Shown: one piece after another, positions 45,734 to 55,235 of the stretch | Position numbering within the stretch: position 1 is the first letter of the stretch | How the letters are laid out: each line of letters opens with the position of its first letter | Virus record (IMG/VR): IMGVR_UViG_3300005528_000064 | Coordinates: 1-62,845 of that record | Reading direction: 5' to 3' (one strand) | DNA from: a virus | Lineage: Duplodnaviria > Caudoviricetes | Length of the DNA stretch: 62,845 bases | The notes under the pieces: generated by a model | The model's database searches: none | Told to the model about the DNA's origin: nothing | The model's input: only the letters and a program-made list of their open reading frames with translations | Program-made: the position numbers and the translations under genes

Positions 45734-48211
45734 ATGGCAACGAACTTCGACCCCGCGATGATGCCCCTTGACATGGGGATCATGACCGAAGAACCGGCTC
45801 TTGAGATTGAAATTGAAGACCCGGAGAGCGTAAAAATTGGGATTGACGGAGTTGAGATTGAACTGATGCCGGAAACTGAGACGGCTGAAGACTTTGACGC
45901 CAATCTTGCGGAGTACATGGAGGAAGGGGAGCTTCAATCCCTGGCTTCTGACCTTATTTCCCTCGTAGATGCAGACATCAACAGTCGCAAAGACTGGACA
46001 GATATGTTTGTCAAGGGCCTAGAAGTCCTTGGCATGAAGTACGAAGAGCGTACTGAGCCGTGGAACAAAGCTTGTGGGGTTTACTCACCGCTTTTGACCG
46101 AAGCGGCAATCCGTTTTCAGTCGGAGATGATCACTGAAACCTTCCCGGCGCAAGGTCCTGTCAAGACTCAGATCATCGGGGCGATTGACCGGCTGAAAGA
46201 GGAGGCGGCAGAGCGAGTTCGTGACGACATGAACTACATGCTGACCGAGCGGATGATTGATTACAGGTCCGAACATGAGCGGATGCTGTACTCCCTTGGC
46301 CTTGCTGGGTCGGCGTTTAAGAAAATCTACCCGAACCCGAATACTGAACTACCTGCGGCTCCGCTTGTCCCGGCTGAAGACCTCATCATGCCTTACGGGG
46401 CGTCAAACGTGTACACAGCAGAGCGTGTGACCCACGTGATGCGCAAGACCGAGAATGAGATCAAGAAGCTACAGGTAGCAGGGTTCTACAAAGACGTAGA
46501 TTTGGGCGAACCTATCAGGTTTTTCACTGACATTGAAAAGAAAAAGGCCGAAGAGCAAGGGTATACCCTAACCGATGATGATCGGTATCAGGTTTTGGAA
46601 ATTCACGTTGACTGGAACTTGAAAGGGTACGAAGACAAAGATGGTGACGAAGAAACGGGGATTGCGCTTCCGTATGTGGTCACGGTTGAGAAGGGCACTC
46701 AGACTGTTTTGTCTATCCGCAGGAACTGGGAAGAGAACGACAAGAAGAAACTCAAACGTCAACATTTTGTTCAGTACACGTACATCCCTGGTTTTGGGGC
46801 TTACGGGCTTGGTTATATCCACTTGATCGGTGGATACGCCCGCGCAGGGACTTCTATCATCCGTCAGTTGGTGGATGCTGGAACTCTGTCAAATCTGCCG
46901 GGTGGCCTGAAGTCTCGCGGGCTTCGGATCAAGGGCGACGACACTCCTATTGCTCCAGGCGAGTTCAGGGATGTGGATGTTCCTTCGGGAAGTGTGCGTG
47001 ACAACATCATGCCGCTTCCTTACAAGGAGCCGAGCCAAGTTTTGTCGATGCTGCTTGAGCGCATCACAGAAGAGGGCCGACGCCTTGCGGCTATTGCGGA
47101 CTTGAAGGTCAGCGATATGTCAGCCCAGGCTCCGGTGGGAACTACGCTGGCAATTTTGGAGCGGCAACTCAAGACCATGAGCGCCGTCCAAGCGCGGGTT
47201 CATGCTTCGCTTCGGATGGAGTTCAAACTCCTAAAGGGAATCATTCGAGACTTTCTGCCTAGTGAGTATCCATACACCCCGGAAGGCGGGGATCGGTCGG
47301 TTAAGCAAGCTGACTACGATGTAGTTGAGGTAATTCCTGTCAGTGATCCAAACGCCGCCACGATGGCGCAGCGGATCATGCAGTACCAAGCTGCACTTCA
47401 ACTGGCCCAAGGTGCGCCACAAATTTATGACTTGCCTCAGCTTCACCGGCAGATGTTGGAAGTTCTGGGGATTAAGAACGCTGACAAACTTGTTGCCATC
47501 CCGGAGGATCAGAAGCCTCAAGACCCGGTGACGGAGAACATGAATGTTTTGAGAGGCAAGCCTATCAAGGCTTTTTCTTATCAAGACCATGAAGCTCACA
47601 TGATGACGCACCAGTCGTTCATGCAAGACCCAAAGGTTATGTCCACCCTTGGACAGAACCCTATGGCGCAGGGAATGATGGCCGCACTCATGGCGCACAT
47701 GGCAGAACATGCAGCGTTTGCATACCGGGCTCAAGTTGAGATGGCTTTGGGCGTACCCCTTCCTACGCTGGATGGGAATAACGAAGCACCTATTGCACCT
47801 GAAGATGAAAAAGCCTTGGCTCCGCTGATTGCCGCAGCGGCGCAAAGGACGATGGTGCAAAACCAAGCAATGGCCGCGCAAGCACAGGCCCAGCAGCAAG
47901 CTCAAGACCCGACGATCCAAATGCAACAGGCTGAGTTGCAGTTGAAGGCTGAAGAGTTGAAGCGCAAAGAAGCGGATAGTGTCCGTGACTTCCAAATTGC
48001 TCAAGGCAAGTTGCAAATTGAACAGGCAAGACTTGCACTGGAGGCACAAAAGAATAAGGGCGATGACCCTCGGCTAAAGGCTGTCATGGCCCAGCAGGAC
48101 ATGATTCATAAGGAACAGTCTCATCAACAGAAAATGAGGCAGCAGGCACAGCAAGCAGCCCAGCGGGCGCAGCAACAAGCACAGAAACCTCGTTCAAAAA
48201 CTAAGGAGTAA
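45734..48211 (+). CDS. Portal protein (P22-like, long Gln-rich barrel)
   Basis: Follows terL; 825 aa with C-terminal Q-rich helix. Confidence 0.85.
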   Translation: MATNFDPAMMPLDMGIMTEEPALEIEIEDPESVKIGIDGVEIELMPETETAEDFDANLAEYMEEGELQSLASDLISLVDADINSRKDWTDMFVKGLEVLGMKYEERTEPWNKACGVYSPLLTEAAIRFQSEMITETFPAQGPVKTQIIGAIDRLKEEAAERVRDDMNYMLTERMIDYRSEHERMLYSLGLAGSAFKKIYPNPNTELPAAPLVPAEDLIMPYGASNVYTAERVTHVMRKTENEIKKLQVAGFYKDVDLGEPIRFFTDIEKKKAEEQGYTLTDDDRYQVLEIHVDWNLKGYEDKDGDEETGIALPYVVTVEKGTQTVLSIRRNWEENDKKKLKRQHFVQYTYIPGFGAYGLGYIHLIGGYARAGTSIIRQLVDAGTLSNLPGGLKSRGLRIKGDDTPIAPGEFRDVDVPSGSVRDNIMPLPYKEPSQVLSMLLERITEEGRRLAAIADLKVSDMSAQAPVGTTLAILERQLKTMSAVQARVHASLRMEFKLLKGIIRDFLPSEYPYTPEGGDRSVKQADYDVVEVIPVSDPNAATMAQRIMQYQAALQLAQGAPQIYDLPQLHRQMLEVLGIKNADKLVAIPEDQKPQDPVTENMNVLRGKPIKAFSYQDHEAHMMTHQSFMQDPKVMSTLGQNPMAQGMMAALMAHMAEHAAFAYRAQVEMALGVPLPTLDGNNEAPIAPEDEKALAPLIAAAAQRTMVQNQAMAAQAQAQQQAQDPTIQMQQAELQLKAEELKRKEADSVRDFQIAQGKLQIEQARLALEAQKNKGDDPRLKAVMAQQDMIHKEQSHQQKMRQQAQQAAQRAQQQAQKPRSKTKE

Positions 48212-48213
48212 AC

Positions 48214-48408
48214 ATGGCCACTGCGTTTGACGTGGTTATTAAGGAACTGGAAGAGCGCCGCGAGTCCATCGCGCAGGCGCTTATCTCAGGTGCGGCAAAA
48301 GACTTTGCCGAGTACAAATCTTGTGCGGGTGAAATCCGGGGTCTTTCACTTGCGCATTCCTTTATCACCGACCTCGTGCGAAAAATGGAGCAATCTGAAG
48401 ATGAGTGA
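48214..48408 (+). CDS. Hypothetical protein
   Basis: DFAEYK...GEIRGL; strong RBS. Confidence 0.7.
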   Translation: MATAFDVVIKELEERRESIAQALISGAAKDFAEYKSCAGEIRGLSLAHSFITDLVRKMEQSEDE

Positions 48409-48799
48409 ACTACTCCTGAGCGATGGCAAAAACACCACCGTGTTGCCGCAAACTGACGAGGAAAAAGCCCGACAAGTGCCTGATCCTGTGACCTACCACT
48501 TGCTCTGCATGCTGCCCAAAGCAGAAGAAGAGTACGAAAGTGGACTGGTTAAAGCGGGCCAGACCATGCATTTTGAAGAAGTGATGAGCCCTGTTCTGTT
48601 TGTTGCCAAGATGGGGCCAGACTGCTACAAAGACCCTCTGCGGTTTCCTAGCGGGCCATCTTGCAAGGTGGGGGACTTTGTGCTGGTACGTCCCAATTCT
48701 GGTACGCGGCTAAAGATTCACGGTACTGAGTGGCGCTTGGTTAATGACGACTCAGTAGAGGCAGTCGTGATGGACCCTCGCGGCATCAAGCGTGCATAA
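48401..48799 (+). CDS. GroES-like co-chaperonin
   Basis: ESGLV, KMGPDCY, CKVGDFV, RLVNDDSVEAVV. Confidence 0.75.
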   Translation: MSELLLSDGKNTTVLPQTDEEKARQVPDPVTYHLLCMLPKAEEEYESGLVKAGQTMHFEEVMSPVLFVAKMGPDCYKDPLRFPSGPSCKVGDFVLVRPNSGTRLKIHGTEWRLVNDDSVEAVVMDPRGIKRA

Positions 48800-48809
48800 G
48801 GAGTAGAAC

Positions 48810-49736
48810 ATGACGGAATTCCAATTTCCAGACGAGATCAAGGCTGAGAAGAAGGAAGCGCCTGAAGAGCTTCAGGTTGAAGTTGAGGGCGAAGCTGAGA
48901 TTGAAGTCGTAGACGATACTCCTCCAGAGGACCGCAACCGAACTCCAATGAAGGAGGCCCCTGCAGAAGTTACTGAAGATGAACTGTCTCAGTATTCCGA
49001 AGGGGTGAAAAAGCGCATCCAGCACTTTTCCAAAGGGTATCACGAAGAGCGTAGGGCAAAAGAGTCTGCGCTGCGTGAGCGGGAAGAAGCAGTGCGGCTG
49101 GCTCAAACTCTTGTAGAAGAAAACAAACGCCTTCAAGGTAGTTTGGGCCAAGGTCAACAGGCTTTGCTGGAACAAGCCAAGAAGGTTGTTGCCAATGAAG
49201 TAGAACAGGCCAAGGCCAAATACAAGCAGGCATATGAAGCGGGTGATTCAGACGCACTTGTGGCGGCTCAGGAAGAATTGACTGCTGCTAAAATTAAGGC
49301 AGAGCGTGTCAATAACTTCAAGCCTGTTGCAAAGCCTGAAGAAACTGTGGTACAACCCGCTCCAAGCCCTGCTGTACCCAAGGTGGATCAAAAGGCCCGT
49401 GCGTGGCAAGAAGCCAATCCGTGGTTTTTGACAAACCGGAAGATGACGGCAGTGGCGATGGAAGTTCATAATGAACTTGTGGAGAGTGGTGTAGATACCA
49501 ACAGTGATGAGTATTACCAGCGCATCAATCAAGAGGTGCGCCAAATCTTCCCAGATGCTTTCCCCTCTGAGAAGCCGGTAAGGAAGTCCCCAGTGGTAGC
49601 TCCTGCAACGCGAAGCACAGCGCCCAAAAAGATCGTGCTGACGCAATCACAAGTTCAAATCGCCAAGCGGCTGGGACTGACCAATGAGCAGTACGCCCGT
49701 GCGGTTGCTGAAGAAATGAGGAAACAAAATGGCTGA
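48810..49736 (+). CDS. Putative scaffolding protein
   Basis: Acidic coiled coil ending LTQSQVQIAKRLGL; between portal and capsid genes. Confidence 0.7.
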   Translation: MTEFQFPDEIKAEKKEAPEELQVEVEGEAEIEVVDDTPPEDRNRTPMKEAPAEVTEDELSQYSEGVKKRIQHFSKGYHEERRAKESALREREEAVRLAQTLVEENKRLQGSLGQGQQALLEQAKKVVANEVEQAKAKYKQAYEAGDSDALVAAQEELTAAKIKAERVNNFKPVAKPEETVVQPAPSPAVPKVDQKARAWQEANPWFLTNRKMTAVAMEVHNELVESGVDTNSDEYYQRINQEVRQIFPDAFPSEKPVRKSPVVAPATRSTAPKKIVLTQSQVQIAKRLGLTNEQYARAVAEEMRKQNG

Positions 49737-50175
49737 ACGTAACCCCCGTGAACTTGATACCCGCGCAAAGACCGAACGGCCCAAGCAGTGGATGGTTCCC
49801 GATGTACTCCCTCATGTGAATGAGGAGCCTGGATACGCCTTCCGTTGGATTCGGGTAAGTACCCTCGGGAACTCCGATCCTCGCAATGTTTCCATGAAGC
49901 TGCAAGAGGGCTGGGAGCCCGTCAAAGCCAGCGATCACCCTGAGACGTATGTTGCGGAAACCGGCGCGGGCCGCTTCCCGGACAGCATTCAGATCGGCGG
50001 GCTCATGCTTTGCAAAACACCAAAAGAGTTTGTTGACCAGCGCAATTCTTTCTTCCAGCGTCAAGCTGATGGACAGATGGCGTCTGTGGACAACAATTAC
50101 ATGCGCGAGAACGATCCTCGTATGCCTCTGTTCCGAGAGCGCAAGTCTGAGGTTTCGTTCGGACGCGGTTCGTAA
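49729..50175 (+). CDS. Conserved head-module protein
   Basis: FRWIR...EGWEPV...GGLMLCK. Confidence 0.7.
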   Translation: MAERNPRELDTRAKTERPKQWMVPDVLPHVNEEPGYAFRWIRVSTLGNSDPRNVSMKLQEGWEPVKASDHPETYVAETGAGRFPDSIQIGGLMLCKTPKEFVDQRNSFFQRQADGQMASVDNNYMRENDPRMPLFRERKSEVSFGRGS

Positions 50176-50190
50176 TTCAAGGAGTCAGAA

Positions 50191-51018
50191 ATGGCATACC
50201 CTTTTGTTGATGCCCCTTACGGGTACAAGCCCGTAAATCTATTGGGCGGTCAGGTGTTCTCGGGTTCTACCCGTGAGTACCCGATTGCCTACAACTACGG
50301 CACGTCAATTTTTTGCGGCGACCCGGTGACCATCACCGCTGGTTTTGCCGTGATTGCGACTGCGCCGATTAACACCACCAATACCACGGTCGGTGTGTTC
50401 TTGGGTTGCTCGTTTACCGATCCGGTAACCAAGCAAAAGCGCTTCTCTCAGTTCTACCCCGCCAACACGCTGGCCGGTGACATTCGCGCCATTGTGTGCG
50501 ATGACCCGGATACGGTGTTCCGCATTGCGGTTGTGACTGCTGCTGGTGCAACAACCATCGGCTCCATGTCGCAACTGGTTGTGGGTGTGAACGCTGCTGG
50601 TACGACGAACGTCGGTTCTGCTGCCACCGGCAACAGTCTGGCGGGTGTTGTGAACGCTACTGCAACGACGGCCAACGCAGGATTCCGTATCCTGAGTCTG
50701 GTGCCGGACACGCAGATTGCCAGTCAAGCAACCTACGTTTCGGGCACGGGTACTACCACGTTGACCGTCTCTGGTTTGACTGTTGGTCAAGTCCTGCCCA
50801 TCGGCACGGACGTGTTCCAGTTGGTTCCCGCCACGGGGCAGTTGCAGTTTACGGGCTCGACCCTGACCGCTGCGGCAACCGTGACGACCACGGGCAGCAC
50901 GGCCCTGACGGTGACGGCTTCGACCGTGACCATCGCTGGCCCGAACTTGGCGTTGGTTCAGAGCCCGGAAGTCCTGGCAAAGATCAACTTCAACGTCCAT
51001 CGTTACAACATCGCCTAA
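50191..51018 (+). CDS. Putative capsid decoration/cement protein
   Basis: DAPYGYKPV, GVFLGC, DDPDTVF; upstream of the MCP. Confidence 0.6.
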   Translation: MAYPFVDAPYGYKPVNLLGGQVFSGSTREYPIAYNYGTSIFCGDPVTITAGFAVIATAPINTTNTTVGVFLGCSFTDPVTKQKRFSQFYPANTLAGDIRAIVCDDPDTVFRIAVVTAAGATTIGSMSQLVVGVNAAGTTNVGSAATGNSLAGVVNATATTANAGFRILSLVPDTQIASQATYVSGTGTTTLTVSGLTVGQVLPIGTDVFQLVPATGQLQFTGSTLTAAATVTTTGSTALTVTASTVTIAGPNLALVQSPEVLAKINFNVHRYNIA

Positions 51019-51029
51019 AGGAGTGAATC

Positions 51030-51938
51030 ATGGCAATTTCACGTGCCCAACTACTGAAGGAACTCCTGCCCGGCTTGAACGCTTTGTTTGGCTTGGAGTA
51101 CAAGAGCTACGGCGAAGAGCACAAAGAGATTTACGAAACGGAAACCTCTGAGCGCTCGTTTGAAGAAGAAACCAAACTGTCTGGTTTCTCTGCCGCCCCG
51201 GTGAAGAACGAAGGTGCAGCCATTGCGTATGACAACGCGCAAGAAGCCTGGACCGCTCGTTACAACCACGAGACTATCGCTATGGGTTTCTCCATCACCG
51301 AAGAGGCGATGGAAGACAACCTGTACGACAGTCTGTCTGCGCGGTACACCAAGTCCCTTGCACGGGCTATGGCGTACACCAAGCAGGTGAAGGCGGCGGC
51401 TATCCTGAACAACGGCTTCAATGCGTCCTTCACCTACGGTGACGGCCAAGCCCTGTTCTCGACGGCTCACCCGCTGGTGTCTGGTGGCTTCAACAGCAAC
51501 CGTCCTGCGACGGCGGCTGACCTGAACGAAACGTCCCTCGAAGCGGCTGTGATCCAGATCGCTGGTTGGACCGACGAACGTGGTCTGCTGATCGCTGCCA
51601 AGCCTCGCAAGCTGATTGTTCCCCCGCAACTCCAGTTCGTCGCAACCCGACTGCTGGAAACGTCGCTGCGTGTCGGCACCACCGATAACGACATCAACGC
51701 GATCAAGAACAACGGCAGTATTCCCGAAGGCTACACCGTCAACCACTTCTTGACCGACACCAACGCTTGGTTCCTCAAGACTGACGTGCCCAACGGTCTG
51801 AAGAACTTTGAACGTGTCCCCTTGACCACTTCTATGGACCAAGATTTTGACACGGGCAACTCTAGGTTTAAAGCAAGGGCTAGGTACAGCTTCGGGGTGA
51901 GCGATCCGCTTGGCGCGTGGGGCAGTCCTGGGGCTTGA
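51030..51938 (+). CDS. Major capsid protein
   Basis: MAISRAQLLKELLPGLNALFG, highly biased codons, followed by a terminator. Confidence 0.88.
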   Translation: MAISRAQLLKELLPGLNALFGLEYKSYGEEHKEIYETETSERSFEEETKLSGFSAAPVKNEGAAIAYDNAQEAWTARYNHETIAMGFSITEEAMEDNLYDSLSARYTKSLARAMAYTKQVKAAAILNNGFNASFTYGDGQALFSTAHPLVSGGFNSNRPATAADLNETSLEAAVIQIAGWTDERGLLIAAKPRKLIVPPQLQFVATRLLETSLRVGTTDNDINAIKNNGSIPEGYTVNHFLTDTNAWFLKTDVPNGLKNFERVPLTTSMDQDFDTGNSRFKARARYSFGVSDPLGAWGSPGA

Positions 51939-51961
51939 CCTAAGTCCTTGTCCTACCTAAC

Positions 51962-51985
51962 AAAAGGGGCTTCGGCCCCTTTCTT
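51962..51985 (+). terminator. Rho-independent terminator
   Basis: AAGGGGC-TTCG-GCCCCTT-TCTT. Confidence 0.85.
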
Positions 51986-52029
51986 ATTTCTTCTGTGGTA
52001 CACTATCGGTTGATAACACCGGAGGCCAC

Positions 52030-52875
52030 ATGGGCATCATTTACCGCATCACTTGCACGGCAAACAACAAGTTCTATATCGGCAGCACAGTCAACAAGGC
52101 CCAGCGCTGGGCAAGGCATCGCAAGCAACTCCGTGACGGTACGCATCCTAACAAGCGTATGGCGGCGGCCTGGGCCAAATACGGAGAAACTGCGTTTCTG
52201 TTTGAGGTGTTGGAATATGTTGCTGAACCCGCCGCATTGTTTGCTGCAGAGCAAAAGTATCTTGATGAGCATGCCGGAAAAGACTACTGCTTTAACTGGT
52301 CTTTGTACGCAGGCGCTCCTATGCGTGGGAAAAGTGGGGCTGATACACCAAATTTTGGTAAGCGCATGCCAGAAAGTGTGCGCCAAAAAATACGTGAAAA
52401 AGTATCTGGTCCGTTAAGCCCGACCTATGGCGTACCTGTTCCAGAAGAACGTAAACAAAGGATTCGTGAAGCAAATCTTCGCTACCCCCACAAAGAGCGT
52501 AAACATACGCCAGAAGCCATAGCCAAGATTGCTGCTGCCAGCAAAGGCAGGCCCGTGTCAGATGAAACACGCGCCAAGCGATCTGCAGCCCTTAAAGGTC
52601 GAGAGATATCGCTTGATCAACGTCTGCGCATCAGCAAAACGCTCAGCGGTGCAGGCAATTTTTGGTATGGCAAAGAACGCCCTGACTCGTTCAAGGAGAA
52701 GATTCGTAAGGCCGTAGAAGTGACACTTCCATCTGGCGAAGTGCAGCGACATGCCAGCATTCAGGCGTTGCGAGAGGCCACGGGCCTGAAGGCCCCAACA
52801 ATTAATCGTGCGCTCAAGTCTGGGCAAGCGCTTGCCAAAGGACCATTTAAGGGATGGGCGTTTAAATACGCTTGA
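52030..52875 (+). CDS. Free-standing GIY-YIG homing endonuclease with NUMOD3 repeats
   Basis: GIIYRI...FYIGS...RW..H; KHTPEAIAKI; own TGnTACACT promoter at 51996-52004. Confidence 0.88.
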   Translation: MGIIYRITCTANNKFYIGSTVNKAQRWARHRKQLRDGTHPNKRMAAAWAKYGETAFLFEVLEYVAEPAALFAAEQKYLDEHAGKDYCFNWSLYAGAPMRGKSGADTPNFGKRMPESVRQKIREKVSGPLSPTYGVPVPEERKQRIREANLRYPHKERKHTPEAIAKIAAASKGRPVSDETRAKRSAALKGREISLDQRLRISKTLSGAGNFWYGKERPDSFKEKIRKAVEVTLPSGEVQRHASIQALREATGLKAPTINRALKSGQALAKGPFKGWAFKYA

Positions 52876-52906
52876 CTACCCCATCTTGCTGTGCTACCCT
52901 CTTGTA

Positions 52907-52980
52907 AACCGAGCTTTACCACAGCCCGCCGACTGACTCGGCAGACTTCTCCTCAGAGACGACGGGCGCAGATTTGAGGA
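52907..52980 (+). ncRNA. Candidate structured 5' leader RNA
   Basis: TTGACT-17-TACCCT promoter; GCCCGCCG/CGACGGGC stem; CCGAG/CTCGG and TCCTCA/TGAGGA pairings. Confidence 0.4.
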
Positions 52981-52986
52981 AATATC

Positions 52987-53481
52987 ATGGGTTGGTCTAC
53001 TCTGTCCGGGCCGGTTCGTTTTGGTACTCAGCGTTACGGCGCTGCTGCGAACACCGGCCTGCCTGTTCTGACGCAATCGGCTAACGTGCCGTTCTCTGTG
53101 ATGCTGGGTTCGCCCGCAGCGCAGAATTTGTTCACGTTGCCTGCTGGTTCCAAGATTCTTCGTTTCACGGTTGAGAAGACCACTGCCATCTCCGGTGGCT
53201 CGGTGTCTGCTGTGAACACCACGTTCGGGCGCGCGGGCTCGGCCAACGCTTTTCAGACTACGATTGACATTGGCTTGACCACGGCTCAAACCGCTCGGGC
53301 TACGCTGGACGCGGCGCTGGTTTCCTCGGCCACCAACAATGTTGGCACGACTGATGTGGCGGTGACTGGGACGTTCACTGCTGCTGGTGGTAACCCGACC
53401 GCTGGTGCGGTGGTGGTGACGGTTGAGTACATCCAGCGTGCTGACGACGGTTCGCAGGCTCCGACCACGTTCCAGAACTGA
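52987..53481 (+). CDS. Virion structural protein (capsid-associated)
   Basis: STLSGPVR start, LPAGSKI; Thr/Ala-rich. Confidence 0.65.
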   Translation: MGWSTLSGPVRFGTQRYGAAANTGLPVLTQSANVPFSVMLGSPAAQNLFTLPAGSKILRFTVEKTTAISGGSVSAVNTTFGRAGSANAFQTTIDIGLTTAQTARATLDAALVSSATNNVGTTDVAVTGTFTAAGGNPTAGAVVVTVEYIQRADDGSQAPTTFQN

Positions 53482-53485
53482 TGAC

Positions 53486-53501
53486 GGGGGCTTCGGCCCC
53501 C
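53486..53501 (+). terminator. Terminator-like UUCG hairpin
   Basis: GGGGGC-TTCG-GCCCCC with a weak U-tail. Confidence 0.55.
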
Positions 53502-53515
53502 ATTAAGGAGTCGGC

Positions 53516-53851
53516 ATGCGCCCAGTAGTTGTAAGCGTAGGTGCCCTTGGGTCATCTGCGGTGGTCCCGTTGGATCACTATAAGCAGCCGTTCAATGTGG
53601 GTGTAGGCGTAGTTCTGTCTGCTGGCGCTACGCTGACCTACACGGTGGAGCATACTTTCAGCGATCCGTTTGACAGTAGCTTTTCTGCCGCGACAGCAAC
53701 ATGGTTCCCCAACACGGGCTTGAGCGCCAAGACGGCATCGTCTGACGGAAACTATGCGTATCCTGTCGGGGCAGTGCGCCTGACAATCACCGCGTATACG
53801 TCGGGTACTGCAACCATGACGCTGATTCAAGCCGGTATGCCTGGAAGGTAA
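53516..53851 (+). CDS. Hypothetical structural protein
   Basis: Beta-rich; AGGAG RBS. Confidence 0.65.
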   Translation: MRPVVVSVGALGSSAVVPLDHYKQPFNVGVGVVLSAGATLTYTVEHTFSDPFDSSFSAATATWFPNTGLSAKTASSDGNYAYPVGAVRLTITAYTSGTATMTLIQAGMPGR

Positions 53852-53854
53852 GCT

Positions 53855-54373
53855 ATGAGCATTAGCATCGGTGAACTGCGAAAGTTCCAAGACGTTTGGG
53901 GTCCGGTAATTGCCGCCATCCCTGCGGTCATCAACATGGTTGAGAAGGAAGCAGATCTCGACCGTGCTTTGGTGAAGAAGCGCCAAGAGTTTGAGGCTGC
54001 TGAGAAAAGTATCGCCTCGGCTTTTGAAGAAGCGGACAAGCGCCTGGAAAAAGTCAATCAAGAACTTGAAGCCGTGGTCAAAGAGAAGCAGGCTTTGAGG
54101 GAAGAGATGGACAAGACCCGCGCTAATTTTGCTGCGCAGGCAAAGCAGATTGAAGCAGATCGTGATGCTTCTCTGAGCCGCATCCAGGCGGCTATTTCTG
54201 AGGCGCAGAGCAAAGCAACGCAGGCCATCCAAGAGGCAGAGGCAAGCGTTGCAAAAGCCCAGGCGGATGCGGCGGCTCAGAAGGCTGAGATGGAAGCGGA
54301 GATCAAAGACCTTGAGAAGCGCAAGGCGACTGCAGAAAAGGCGTTGGATACGCTTCGTGCAAAGTTGGGGTAA
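53855..54373 (+). CDS. Coiled-coil protein
   Basis: Heptad-rich Ala/Glu/Lys sequence. Confidence 0.65.
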   Translation: MSISIGELRKFQDVWGPVIAAIPAVINMVEKEADLDRALVKKRQEFEAAEKSIASAFEEADKRLEKVNQELEAVVKEKQALREEMDKTRANFAAQAKQIEADRDASLSRIQAAISEAQSKATQAIQEAEASVAKAQADAAAQKAEMEAEIKDLEKRKATAEKALDTLRAKLG

Positions 54374-54376
54374 GCC

Positions 54377-54634
54377 GTGTCTGTTACTGGAGTAGCGCAC
54401 CTATTCCCACCAAACAGTTATTACCTCAACAACTTTGTTGATGGCGATCCGCTGTATGTTGGGAAGGTGACTGACTCTGGTGGGCGGTGGTTGATTCAAA
54501 GATTTAGCACGAGCACAGGTGCGATGGGATGGGCTAACGTGTCCAACAATCCTAGTTACACAACGTATGCATCGGCATGGGCGAATAGGTTAACGCTGAC
54601 GTATTCGCAGTTCCAAGAACTGAGTAATGTGTAG
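54377..54634 (+). CDS. Hypothetical protein
   Basis: YVGK...WLIQR...WANRLTLTY. Confidence 0.65.
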   Translation: MSVTGVAHLFPPNSYYLNNFVDGDPLYVGKVTDSGGRWLIQRFSTSTGAMGWANVSNNPSYTTYASAWANRLTLTYSQFQELSNV

Positions 54635-54643
54635 GAGTGATTT

Positions 54644-55084
54644 ATGTCCATGACCAACGCAGCAGAAGCAAATCTGCTGAACCTGCTGTTCGTAAACATA
54701 GACTGGGCCAACATCGGTGATGCTGCGGGCCTGCAAAACTCTGCTACGGCGGGGTCTTTCTATGTGTCATTGCACACCGCTGACCCCGGTGAAACGGGGA
54801 CGCAAAGCACCAGCGAGGTGGCGTACACAAGCTATGCGCGAGTGGCTGTGGCGCGGTCTGCCGGTGGTTGGACGCTGACGGCGCAGACAATCTCCAACAC
54901 GGCTTTGGTGCAGTTTCCAACGGCTACGGGCGGTACGGCTACTGCAACGTACTTTGGTATCGGGACCGACCTGAGCGGGGCCGGTAACTTGCTGATGTCG
55001 GGTGCCTTGACATCTTCGCTGTCCATTTCCAACGGCATTCAGCCTCAGTTTGCCGCAGGAGCGCTCACCGTTACGGTGGACTAA
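54644..55084 (+). CDS. Structural protein (tail-fiber-associated, LHTADPG family)
   Basis: YVSLHTADPGETG, YARVAV, FPTAT. Confidence 0.7.
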   Translation: MSMTNAAEANLLNLLFVNIDWANIGDAAGLQNSATAGSFYVSLHTADPGETGTQSTSEVAYTSYARVAVARSAGGWTLTAQTISNTALVQFPTATGGTATATYFGIGTDLSGAGNLLMSGALTSSLSISNGIQPQFAAGALTVTVD

Positions 55085-55085
55085 T

Positions 55086-55235
55086 ATGGTGTACCGCTGC
55101 GCCCACTGCCGCGCGCTGCTGACGCTGACTGACGACAAGCTGTCGCAGTGCGCAGAGCACCCCAACGGGGCCGTGGAGTGGGCGCCCTCCGAAGAGGTGG
55201 AGTTGATACCGCCGGAGAACCCTGATGTCGTTTAG
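55086..55235 (+). CDS. Small Cys-containing protein
   Basis: MVYRCAHC...CAEHP; fills the operon gap. Confidence 0.5.
   Translation: MVYRCAHCRALLTLTDDKLSQCAEHPNGAVEWAPSEEVELIPPENPDVV

Noticed and set aside
51030-52875. Group I intron or intein in MCP, terL or helicase
   Set aside because: These ORFs are uninterrupted and of normal length, and the nucleases are free-standing with their own promoters.
47231-54400. Long minus-strand ORFs opposite the portal, capsid and coiled-coil genes
   Set aside because: Codon-bias shadows of the plus-strand structural genes.
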